The notes under the pieces: model-generated | Told to the model about the DNA's origin: nothing | Seen by the model: only the letters and a program-made list of their open reading frames with translations | The model's database searches: none | Origin: Callorhinchus milii | Lineage: Eukaryota | Assembly: GCF_018977255.1 (NCBI RefSeq) | Contig: NW_024704746.1 | Location: 62,186,001 to 62,250,000 of the forward strand | Length of the DNA stretch: 64,000 nucleotides | Direction: 5' to 3' | Program-made: the position numbers and the translations under genes | Shown: piece after piece, positions 36,001 to 48,000 of the stretch | Position numbering within the stretch: the first letter of the stretch is position 1 | Layout of the letters: every line of letters starts with the position of its first letter

Positions 36001-39000
36001 GCGAACGGCGCTGTACAAATATAATTTGTTGTTGCCATTGAATGTCTTGACATGTAATGCAACCATCAATGATGTTTTTTTTAAAAGAACTAACTAACTG
36101 TTTCTAATTTAAGAGTTAGATTTTTCTTCAATACAGCAGTCTCTTAAAACTACTTACAGATTTGATTAGAATAGGAACATTGAAATTGCCAGACAAGAAA
36201 AGACCAAGGTCCACCTCGTCTGCCTTCTACCATCCTGGTAGTCACATGCTACAATAATGGGAAATGTTGAAAGCAATTAATTCTGTATGGTTTAGTTTAC
36301 CAACATAGTAGAAAGTATTGGGAACCTTAGATCCAAAGAATATTCATCATACTCTAGGTAAGGAGGTAGAAGATAGGAAAAGGAAGCTTTTTTTAAAAAC
36401 AAAATTGCAGCTACATCAGGGATAAACATGCTTGTGTTTTAACAGATCTACTGAAAAGACTCTTGCTACTCCATAGAAAATAACCACTAAGATATTCCAC
36501 ACAGATATTAATGACAACCAAATATTTTTCAACAAGTCTGTTTCCTAAAACGAAACATTTCAAGAACTGGATAATACAAGAACAGGGGTTGAAACGATCT
36601 TTTCAACTCCAGACCTGAATTCAAGTTCACTTCAGATCAATGGAGTAAAAGTTTCTTCTCAAATGAGTTTAAGGAATTATGGAGTCCTATAGCTTCGTGA
36701 TTAGAGCATTCGCCTCGCAAGGGTTCGATTCCTGGGCAGGGGGAAACGTTGGGCAAGTTTCCTTACTCCACACGCCTCTGTTTGCTTAGCAGTAAGTAGG
36801 AACCCGGTTGTTAATCGATTGGCAGATTGGTTTTACAAAGGTAATAATCCCATCAAAAAAATAAAAATAATTTAGTTACTTAATCCACAACTGTTTGTGA
36901 AACACTGTGGTGCTCAATTGGCTGCTGCGTTTTGCCCACAAAATATAGTCAATTCACTTTACAGTATAATCTGTGAAGCACTTGGAGACATCTGATAGAC
37001 GTGATAAGATGCTCTATCAATTGCAAGGATTATTGTTATAAGGAATTAAAGTGAAACGAGCTAGGGGGATAAATTGAGTTGAATTTCTATTGGATGGTGT
37101 AATGTAATACAATGTAAAATTTTCTGTGATTCAGTCATTACTAGCAAAAAAAAGACACGTGTGCTGTTCCCAAGGAAGCTAATATAAGAAACAGAAGTGG
37201 TGTAGATTAAGGAGTTGTTCCAAAGGTGGGTAGGGCGTAGGTAGAGACATGCTAAATCTAACATGTGGGCTTATACAACAAATTTGAAAAGTTCCATTCC
37301 CATCACAGATATCTTGAGCTTCAACACACAGGTCCACATTCATTTCAGCGCACTTCATTCTCTGAGCACTCTCCCAATCTGTTACCGGCGAGAGAGGAAA
37401 AAAGAACTGGGATCTGAAAGCACCCATTTACATGAAAACACCAGAGGGCATGTAGTTCCAAGTTCACATCTGCCAATTTAACAAAGTTTAAAATTTAGCT
37501 GGAAGGATACTGCATCTTCATATCGAGATGAATTATTCATGGTATTGGATTCAGAGAATATTCATCCAGACCAAAAATATTTTTCCAAATTTAACTGCCA
37601 TAAGGCAATGCAACAGCAAGTCTATTGTAGAAAACTCTCACCCCAGACAGCTCCCCATGCTGTCCAAATGACAATTAACCAGATCTTCGCATGATTCAAA
37701 ATGAATGCCTCTCCCTGGCCTATTACGACACCTAATCACAAGTGAGGCCGATTTACGGTTGCAAATGTGACCACCTCTATTTCCACTCCCAGTAGTTTAG
37801 GCCAAAGCTTGAAAAGCGTCACAGTTATATTCATTCTTATGCCAACATGCCAGGGATTTTGGCTGTTTCAAAACAATAATTTTATTCAAAATACCAGAGT
37901 TCCATTGGGAATGGATGTGGGGCAACATTGACTGTATGTATTTGGCAATGTAACAGCAGCCTTCAAATTATTTCTTTTAACCATCCTCCAATTTAAATAC
38001 TACATTATAGATTTCCAGATATTCAAATGAAAATGGGAAGTAAGGTGGAGTCCTGTAGCTTAGTGGTTGGAGCACTTGCCTCGCAAGGGAGAGACCTGGG
38101 TTTGATTCCCAGGCAGGGCAAAATATTAGGCAACTTTCCTTACTCCACATGCCTCTGTTTATCTAGCAGTGAGTAGGAACCCGGTTGTAAGACGATTGGC
38201 AGATCGCTTTTCCTTGGGTAATAATACCTTAAAAAAATAATAATTTGATCACTCAATCTACAACTATTTATGGGACACTGCTATGCGCAATTGGCTGCCG
38301 CGTTTCGGACACAAAATATAGTCAATTCGCTTTATAGTATATTCACAGTATATTCTGTGAAGCGTTTTGAGATGTCTTGCAGATGTGATAAGGCGCTATA
38401 TCAAATGCAAGGATTATTATTATTATTATCATTATAATAAGGTCCCCCATGAAGAAACTAATCAGCCCAAAATCAAGGCTTTTCACATCCATAAATATTT
38501 ACTTCCTTGAGCATTTGAGTTCACAAAAAAGTAATGCTGATCGGCCCAGTCAACTAAAGCCATAAAAGCCACAAGCTCAAGGCCTCAAATTCTATTAAAA
38601 TGGACACTTGGATCCACTGGATCAAAAATGGGGAATCTATTGTACATTGGGTCTCACATACTTCAGAAAAACAGGTGAGGTTTACACAGAAACAATTGTT
38701 TAATCATTAAAGCAATCATACTAAATCTACCAAAACAAATACTAGATTAACAACATTTCCACAATAGGATATCCTTTCAAAAAATCAGGTATATGCTTAA
38801 ACTATTGCATGGCTTCCTACATTATTAAGTCCTCTAGACAATAAAGATAGTGCTTAGTTAAACTTTCCAACGCTGCTCAATCCCTTTCACCAGTTGAACA
38901 GTTTATATAGCCTTTAGTGGAGACAAAAATCTGAAGGAGAAAGTCCAAATTTATGAAAAAAATTGTCATTTTCCTTCCCCTCCTCCCCAGTCACATGGCC

Positions 39001-42000
39001 CTTGGGTTTCAAAGACTGTTACAAGTCTCTTACATGAATACTTAATTTAGACTTCCTGCATGGTACAAAATTTCCCTCGGCTATTACAAGAAGGAAACCA
39101 AGGCCTCCCACTTGTGATCAACAAGAGCAAACAAAAGCAGATGTTAAAGTTGCACAAGTGAAGTCTGTCCAGATGTTCATTAACACCCCGATATTTTCTA
39201 GTCCTTCATATTAACTGCACTAATTTGGACACTTAGAACTGTTAATGTCTTCACTCAGTTCTTGAAACGACTTTGTTTATATCCTATTCTTTTTAACAAT
39301 AATCTTTGCGCCTTATCACGTCACTGAGATGTCTCAAAGCGCTCCACAGGATATACTGTAAAGGAGATTGACTGTATATTTTGTGGGCGAACCTCAGCAG
39401 TCAATTGCGCACAGCAATGTCCCACAAACTGCCAAATTATTATTACCCTATGTTTTCATCCTTCATCTCCAATTCTGCACTAAAGTTTGGAAGCTGATAA
39501 ATGCAGACACTAATGGATGCTGTATTTCAAGTTATTAGGGTGTTCGTGAAAGTCAAGTACTGCACTTGCAGATTAGTCAAAATTTGTTTTGAGATATTAT
39601 CAATCTTACATCAAGTGGTATCTCCAAAGTTAATAAATGAAAACTAATTAAATAATTTCTTAATGACTTCCAAATTAAATACAGTATACAGTATACATGA
39701 TACAGTATACTTGCTCTGTATACAGTATTAAGCACTGAGACCCTGGTGGAGGGCACTATATAAGTGCAAGTTGTGCATTGTACTCATGTTTAATAATCTT
39801 TTCTAGGAGCATCTTACTCCAAACAGCTCTATATAACAGGTTCATTCAAGATGACTGCACAATTAATTATGCAGTGTGTGACAAGATATCTATTTAGGGG
39901 TCAGTCTGGCTCGGTTGGCAGCATTCTTCACCGAGTCAGATGGCTGTAGGTTCAAGCCCTATCAGACTTGCAGGACTTGGAACTCAGTCGAGGCTGACAA
40001 AATACAGTGCTGGCCGACCTTTGTTATGGATGAAACGTTAAGCCGAAGTGCCACCTGCCTGTTTAGGAGGACATTAAAGATCTCATGGCATAATTTGAAA
40101 AGCAAAAGGGAATTGTACCCAGTGTTTTGATCAAAAATCCTCCAGATAAAATTGGATCTTTCACTTTATGGCCGTTTGTGGGACATTGCTGTTTGCAAAT
40201 TGGTTCACATACAAATACAGTCACTGGACTTGACTATAAATCAAAAGATAGAAAAGAATCACCAGTATTTAAGATAACCTCTTTCAATGACAAGAGTGGA
40301 AGACCTCTAACACTGAAAACATAAAGCACTGGAAATAAGTATCCTCCAGCATTCACTCATACAGGTATAAAGAATACAGTAGAGAAACAAACAACATTAA
40401 ACTATATTTTAAAGCCTAATGGGCCTGGTGAATATTTACTTATCAAAACTGAAGAATGACATAATTACTTATTAGACGAGTAGAATGAAGTCAGCTACCA
40501 CTGTGTGACTGCCCAATTGAATTACACTGAATGCTTGTTAACTTCAAGTATTTCAGGAGTAGTTAGCATTTGTATAGTAGACTGCTGACACAGGATGCCA
40601 AAATCAATTAAGGACATGGAATCTTTTGCTACATAATCCTAATAATGGAAATGTGAACAGTGTGATCCACAGTCCAAGGTAATTTCACAACAATAAATTC
40701 CACGCCATAATAGATGCCTCAGGTTTCAGCTTTTTTGTTTTATGGTTCTATTATCTGGCACACAAAACAAATGATGCATCAGACTACTGATATACAGTCA
40801 CAGCTGCTGTTTTGCAGGACTTGAACCTCATACAAGAAAAGAATTCAATTTCATTGCTTTATAGTTCAGTACAAATATCAGATTACCTTTAAGAGATATC
40901 CATGATAAATCCCCCTCCCCACTCCACTTCTGGATCACTAACAAACCTGACATTCCATTCACTGATGGATTGATGGGTCTTTTTATACATATATATTAAA
41001 AGCTATAGTTAATAAGAGTTATCAATATAAACACCGGCCAAACATGCATTCATAAATTTCCATACATCAGGAAAAATGGAAATTTCAGAGCTTGAATCTA
41101 TCAATATATAAAATTTTACAAGGATGCATTGAGTCAAAACAAGAAGGCGACTCAAAAACCATAAATGGAATCCTGTAGTGTAGTGGTTAAGAGCACTGCC
41201 CCGCAAGTGCGAGGACCTGGGTTAGGATTCCCAGGCGGGCGCGAAACCTTATATACATCTTACTCCACACACATCTGTTTACCTAGCAGAAAGTAGGAAC
41301 CCAGTCGTTAGTTAATTAGTGGATCGCTTTCCAGGGGTTACAATTCCTCCAAATAATATAATATCACTCAATCCACAACTGTTTGTGGGACACTGCTGTG
41401 CACAATTGGCTGCCGCATTTCACCCACCAAATACAGTCACTGCACTTTACAGTATATTCTGTGAAGTGCTTTGAGATTTCTCAACGATGTGATAAGATGC
41501 TATATCAAATGCAAGGATTATTATTCTTATAAGTAGGAGCCAATGAATATGAAGACAGAAAAAACATCACTAACCTATACTTGAAAACCAGCAACTGAAC
41601 TACTCAAAATGCCACTCTGTTTTGCTAAATGTCAAGAATGTCATTGTGACAGTTTCTTGCATAAATATCCATTGAACATCATACTAGCCTCCTCCAAGAA
41701 ATGCTAATTTAATAGTGTAGTGTATCAGTAAATAGAAAATCTCTAGCCATATATACACACACATCAATTACCTTCTATAAAGCAGTACATATTTAACTGA
41801 ACTTCTGCAAGCGATTAATTTTCACCTGAATTGTGAAAGACGACTTGCCAGTCTTCCCCGTACAGAAAATGATAAACTTCTCCCAAAAATCCTTAAAAAA
41901 ACACTGAAGTCGAAGTACTTACACACGTAACTAGAAATTCTCCAAGTCGAAGAGGACCATCCCCATGTATGGGCCAGTAGCGCTCACATTTTTTCTATGA

Positions 42001-45000
42001 AGAAACATTGAAAGTAACTTAACTTCAATCCATGACATACGGACATGAGAGGGTTAAGAAAATTTATGTTCACCCCCCCCCCCCCCCCCCAGCCCTCTTT
42101 AGTTTTCTCCCCCTCCCCTCCTGACGGCACCAACGTGTTCTGCAACATAGCTTTGTGGGTGCCAGACATGCGGTGGCACCATCCACCCAATTGCCCAGTG
42201 TTCATGAGAGAGCATACTGTCATGTGGATATCAAACAATGAGGTAAGCACAATCCTGACTCACTCAAACTTCACACTCACATTTTAAGCAAACCAGATAG
42301 CAAACTGGAGTGATTTCTTTGGCACGTGTAACTCAACATTGTTGATGCTAACCATACAATACGTTGTTGCTGCTAAACTTAGATAATTATTTGGGAAGGA
42401 CAAGGTTGCAGGGCTGTGGGGAAGCGAGCGGGGGAAGTGGGATTGAACAGATCTTTTCAAAGAGCCGGCACAGACATGATGGGCCGAATGGCCTCCTTCT
42501 GTGCTGTATACTTCTATGATTCTATAATATGGGCATCTATACTGGCAGTCATTGGATCAAGCACCTCGATGATTCAAGCCTTGGCCAGGTCTCTCGCTCC
42601 CATTGGCTGTGACTTTACCAGTTGTGCAATCAGAGGGGCTACAAGTTCATCTCTCAAAGATTTTTGGACCTTAAAAAGTTTCACCTACGCACTATAATTT
42701 TCTTCACAATCAAAGTACACCAAAAAAAATCATACCGGCACTAACTTGTGCAGCAAATCATATTTGATAATGAAAATGCAACAAGAAGAGTCTTCAGCCA
42801 CAAATGTGCCCACGCAATATTTGTATGCTCGTTCAAAATGCCAAGCAAACATGCTGTAAGCAGTTTCACTTTGTATGCAAGTAAGGCATATCTACCATTC
42901 CCACTTACAATGTGCTTCTGCTTCACTCCCCAGCATCACAGCTTCAATGCTACTTCCTTCTCCTTTTCTGATGTTCAGGAAGAGGAAGCGAAACAAAACG
43001 CAGAGCCCATTAACCACTCTGGGACAGGAGCTTTAACAGGATTTTTTTTGCTTCCTCTGACTGAAGGGCGAGAGGGATAAGGAATAGCACTGTATGTTGG
43101 TGCCTGGGAAACAGAACACAGGCACAGAGAACAAATTATTTCATAGCATAAAAACTAACAAAACTGTATCACGGGTGATGCAATTGATTTAGGATGTTTG
43201 CATGCACCAGGAATCTGTACAAAAAAAAGTTGTATGATGAACTCGGCATTTATATTTGCACTGAAAAATAAAATGCAGCAGTTAGAATATGAATAAATAA
43301 GAAAACTCACCCTCCCCATTTCAAACTCACGGCACGCCACAACAATTATCTGCAAACAAGAAAAGGTGGAACTAGTTCAAAACATAATGGATTTTTCTTC
43401 AATTCAGGTACAAAATACTGCTATACACATCTATTAATTCAAGCAAAATACACAATAATTTCTAAATATTACACAATGGATTCCCAGCATCTTTCTAATA
43501 CAAGAAATAGTTAAATAATCCATGGGTTTTGTGGAAAAAGACAGAAGCGTATTAATATCGGATTAATCCCTTCCTTTTAAATCTCAAGGCTGTAATACAT
43601 CATACTACCACCATCTGTAATACCAGAAATGAAAACAAATTTATGTTTATGGCCTAAGAGAGGCAGATGAGATTTCAATACAGAGCAACAGAAGGCAATG
43701 CACTTGACCAAATTAAGCATCTATTAGCTGAGATGGAGAAAGATAAAGGATTTAGGTGTGATTATTAATAATTCATTCTAGATTTGTTGTCATTCTGAAA
43801 CCATCAAACCTAATCTCTTCTAGAGATCATATTAGTACAAGTTGAAAGAAGTTATTGTAACCTTATACAGACATTGGTGAGGCACAATACTAAGTGGATT
43901 TATAGGAACCCTACCCTCAGAGGTCATTGGAAGGGCTAGTAAAGAAGACCAACATGGATGATTCCAGGATTTATGAGCTCCATGTTACGTACTTGCTTTC
44001 ATTAAAAAAGTCAGGGTGGAAGGAAAAGAATGGCTTAAAGTCGTAAATGCAGGATAGATTTTAATAAGTGTGTTATTTGACATAGCAACCGGTTTAAAAT
44101 TATTATATTTCAAATAGGACTGCAGATCAGGATAATACTTTATCCTGCACAAAGTAGTGGGTATCTAGACTGAATGGTCTACAAAAGTAGATGGTCCTAT
44201 TCTGATTAAAGTCTTCATAAAAGATAAAGGAAAACTTGGAACAATATTGAAGGATGCAAAGTCAATTGTGATGCATGAATCAACGCCCTAACTGAGTGAA
44301 AGGCACTACATAAATGCAATTTGTGGTTCTTAATGTATCCTAGACCATGATCAAATCTAAGATCTTTCAAGTCTGTACAGATCAATAACCCACAAATGAG
44401 ACTGCAGGGCAGCCCAAGTTGAATCAATGTTATTAAAAGCAAATCCACTGACAATGTTTTTTTTAAAAGAACAAAATGTTTCACTCGTAGTTATAATAGC
44501 CAGCTTTAGCTAAATTGCTGGTGCAACAATTTTTAATTCACTTCTATTTTACATAATTTTTTTAATTAAAAAAATCATGAAGAGTCTGTAAAAGGATTCC
44601 CCGAGAGAATTCCAACACGTGATTTCTAACTACTTCCATTACATAGAAATTCTAGTCTAAGATAAAATGTCTCAACAAATTAGTTGTGCATTTGTCAGGA
44701 TTCCATTGTAAACAGATTAACAGCTTTGTGTTCAGCACTAATGTGCCAATATAGTATAGCAACTGCAGAGCCACTCTCATAACAGGAGTTAAATGGAGAG
44801 ATAATAGCTTTCCATCTACAAATGTTCAACACATAAAGTTAATCAAAAGCACAAATTCGCTACGACTCCCGGATGGAAATATTTTGCCATCAGGTGGCCT
44901 TTGTATTGTACATACAATCAGCTGTAAACATGCAATTAGCACGGCATACACAACAGATACACTGCAGCAATCGAGATTAAATCCAATAGAAACTAGACAA

Positions 45001-48000
45001 ATGCTATAACTGATGCAGTAAATGAACACACTACAAGCATTCAAGCTTCGTGGAAATAATATAATAATCCTTGCATTTGATATAGCACTTTTCACGTCTG
45101 GAGGACATCCCAAAGCGCTTTACAGAACACACTGTAAAGTGAATTGACTGTATATTTGTGGGCAAACGCGGCAGCCAATTGCGCACAGCAATGTCCCACA
45201 AACAGTCGTGGATTGAAAATGACCAATTTATTATTGTTTTTGGAGGGATTATTATTAGGTGTGTGGAGTAAGGAAACTTGCCAAAGGTTTCGCCCTCTGC
45301 CTGGAATTGAACTCAGGTCTCTCGCTTGCAAAGCGAGTGCTCTAACCACTGAGCTACAGGACTCCATAAAATATGAAGGAAAAGTACGTTAAAATCCCTC
45401 AATTGGTTTAAGCAAACCGCTAACATGATGTGAGCTGGTGAAAATATTATATTAATTCTTGTTTCCTGCTCAAATCCAAGCCATTTGGCACTTCGTATTG
45501 CCTGCAAAACCATTGTTACTTTTCACACCGATTTTCTGGAGCTCCTCTGGAAAAGGATTTAACATTTTAAACCAAAAGTCACTGAATCGGCCAAGAAAAA
45601 GAGACTTACTGCAACATTGTACTCCCAGATCATCCTCCAAAAATCTAATACAGTGTTTGCTAGTGGTCCCTGGGTAGCAATGTAGGAGTTTGGCCCATAC
45701 ACTCCCTGAAAAGGGAGAAAAGATATTAATTACATTTGGTATTTTTTTTTACTTTCAGTACTGCAATGAAATAAATGTTTAAAAATACCCACAAATTATA
45801 CGATGATATGTTAACATGACTAATATTCAACTAAAACACAAAACAGATTCAATGTTCACTGAATTCTATTATTCACTACATGGTGAGGGTTTTTAATGAG
45901 AACAAGCACATGATTTTGGCAAACTACCACAGCAAATAAACGTGTAAACTTTGTAGGCTAACCATCACAAGTTAACATAACCGCAAGACACCCTGTGGCA
46001 CACACCATTTCAAAGGATGCAGTATGGAACTATTCAGAGCTCTTACATTCAAAAAAATTACTTTGAAGTTAGTTAATGAAGTTCAAATGGATTAGCGATT
46101 GTGAAGGAGTTCATGCAACATAAAATCTACAGCAAAACATTTATGATTTTTCAAATAAGCGCAGTGCAACAGCATCCAATAAATGTCACGATGAGGGCTT
46201 CATATTATCAGCATCATTCTAGATTAAAATATCTAGACACCTTCCAATTTCTAGTATCTAAACTAGAAACTGCATTTTACTTGAATTCGTTGATACAAAC
46301 GATAAAACCTTTTGAAATATTGATATGAATCTCTTTATGTAACAATAGCCTGTTCCCTCCAGATTAAGTGACAAGTAAAATATGTGCAGGAAAGTACCTT
46401 GATAAAATTTGCATTGATATAATCCGAATCCACCTGTGATGTTTTCAACGCAAGCTTCACTCTGCTGTGGTCAACTATAGGTTGGTAAAGGGAAACGGAA
46501 AGAAATAACAGTTTAACAATCATTAAAAACAGTTTAATACTTTTTATTCTATGATCTGATTTCATTATTACAAAAACCATAGGGGCTAAGTAGCCAATCT
46601 CACCAACGTATGAGCTCTTTTGACAATCTGAAAGGGTGCTTAAAAGCCGAATTTGAGAATTTATTGGATTCAAATTTTGGACTCAAATTTAAGTATCAGA
46701 AAGCCCCATTGAAATGTTACAACAACAAAATGTCATGCCAAAACCAATTAGTAAAAGCAAATTAATTGAGAGGGTGGGAGAAATGGAGAGGAAATAACAT
46801 TGCAATGAAGCAACACCCTTCTGTATTTATCAAAGGAAATCACTGGATGCTGATCAGGAGCAGAAACCCTGTTTTTTTCCTACTCTTTTTCCCAAACTGA
46901 ATTTGGCTAACACAAAGACCAAGATACAAATTCTTATTACTGCTGCATCTGTAACAACCGGTAATTGAATAGAGTAAAATTCATACGACATTGTCTAACC
47001 TACAAATTCTTGTGTTGAATTCAGATCACATATTGTGTAGTAGTACCACTTTTGGTATCATATTTACAAGACTACTAGATAAAAAAACTTCCCTCACACG
47101 AATAATAATAACAACATTTAATATAGCACCTTATCACGTCATCGGACGCCTCAAAGCGCTTCAAAATATATTGTAAAGTGGATCGACTGCATATTTTGTG
47201 GGCAACCAATTGCACTCAGCAGTGTCCCACAAACAGTCGTGGGTTCAGTGATCAATCTTTGGGGGTCTCGTGGGCTTTGCCTGATCATCTGATGCATCAC
47301 TGTAAGGTTACAGATTGATTTCCTGGTCTACAATTTATCCAATTTCAATACTGGATCCTAGGGGGGAAAAAGGCCAGAGTTCCTGTTCGTCACCACCATT
47401 CAGTGACCTCTGCTGGAAAGTGTGTGAATGAACACTGGGTTAAACTAGTCTTGGGCTGAGCTGCACAAACAGCTTCTCATCACCCAGGCTGACCCATGAA
47501 GTATGTGGATATGGGCGATGAACCACAGTTATGCCTGCATCTATAGAACCAGAATCAGTCAGTACCCACAGGAGTCAGAGTGAAGAAAATCAGCAAATAA
47601 AAGTTTATAAACTTTTCCTCAGCTCTGTGGTGTGTGTATACATGTTTATATATACATAATATATTATACACACACACACACTGCACAATAATGATAGGAT
47701 ACCAACATGTCAGTACAACTTCCCTACATAAGTTCCTGATTTCAGTTGGGTAAATGACTGCCACCACCAACCAGATGCTTCCCCAAAGGAAGGGGGAGTG
47801 GAAGAAGAAGAAAGAAACACAGCAAGAGAGCATGGACTTGCATTGTAAAGTTCCCAGTAGTTGAACAAAACTGAAGCACGTATATGTAACGAGGTACTGT
47901 ATTTCAGAACTATAACCTGCTCTTTAAATCAACTATAGTTTCAGCCTCAAATCTTCTCTGTGACCCAAACTCTTCCCCCAAATAAACTCCCAATGAGATC

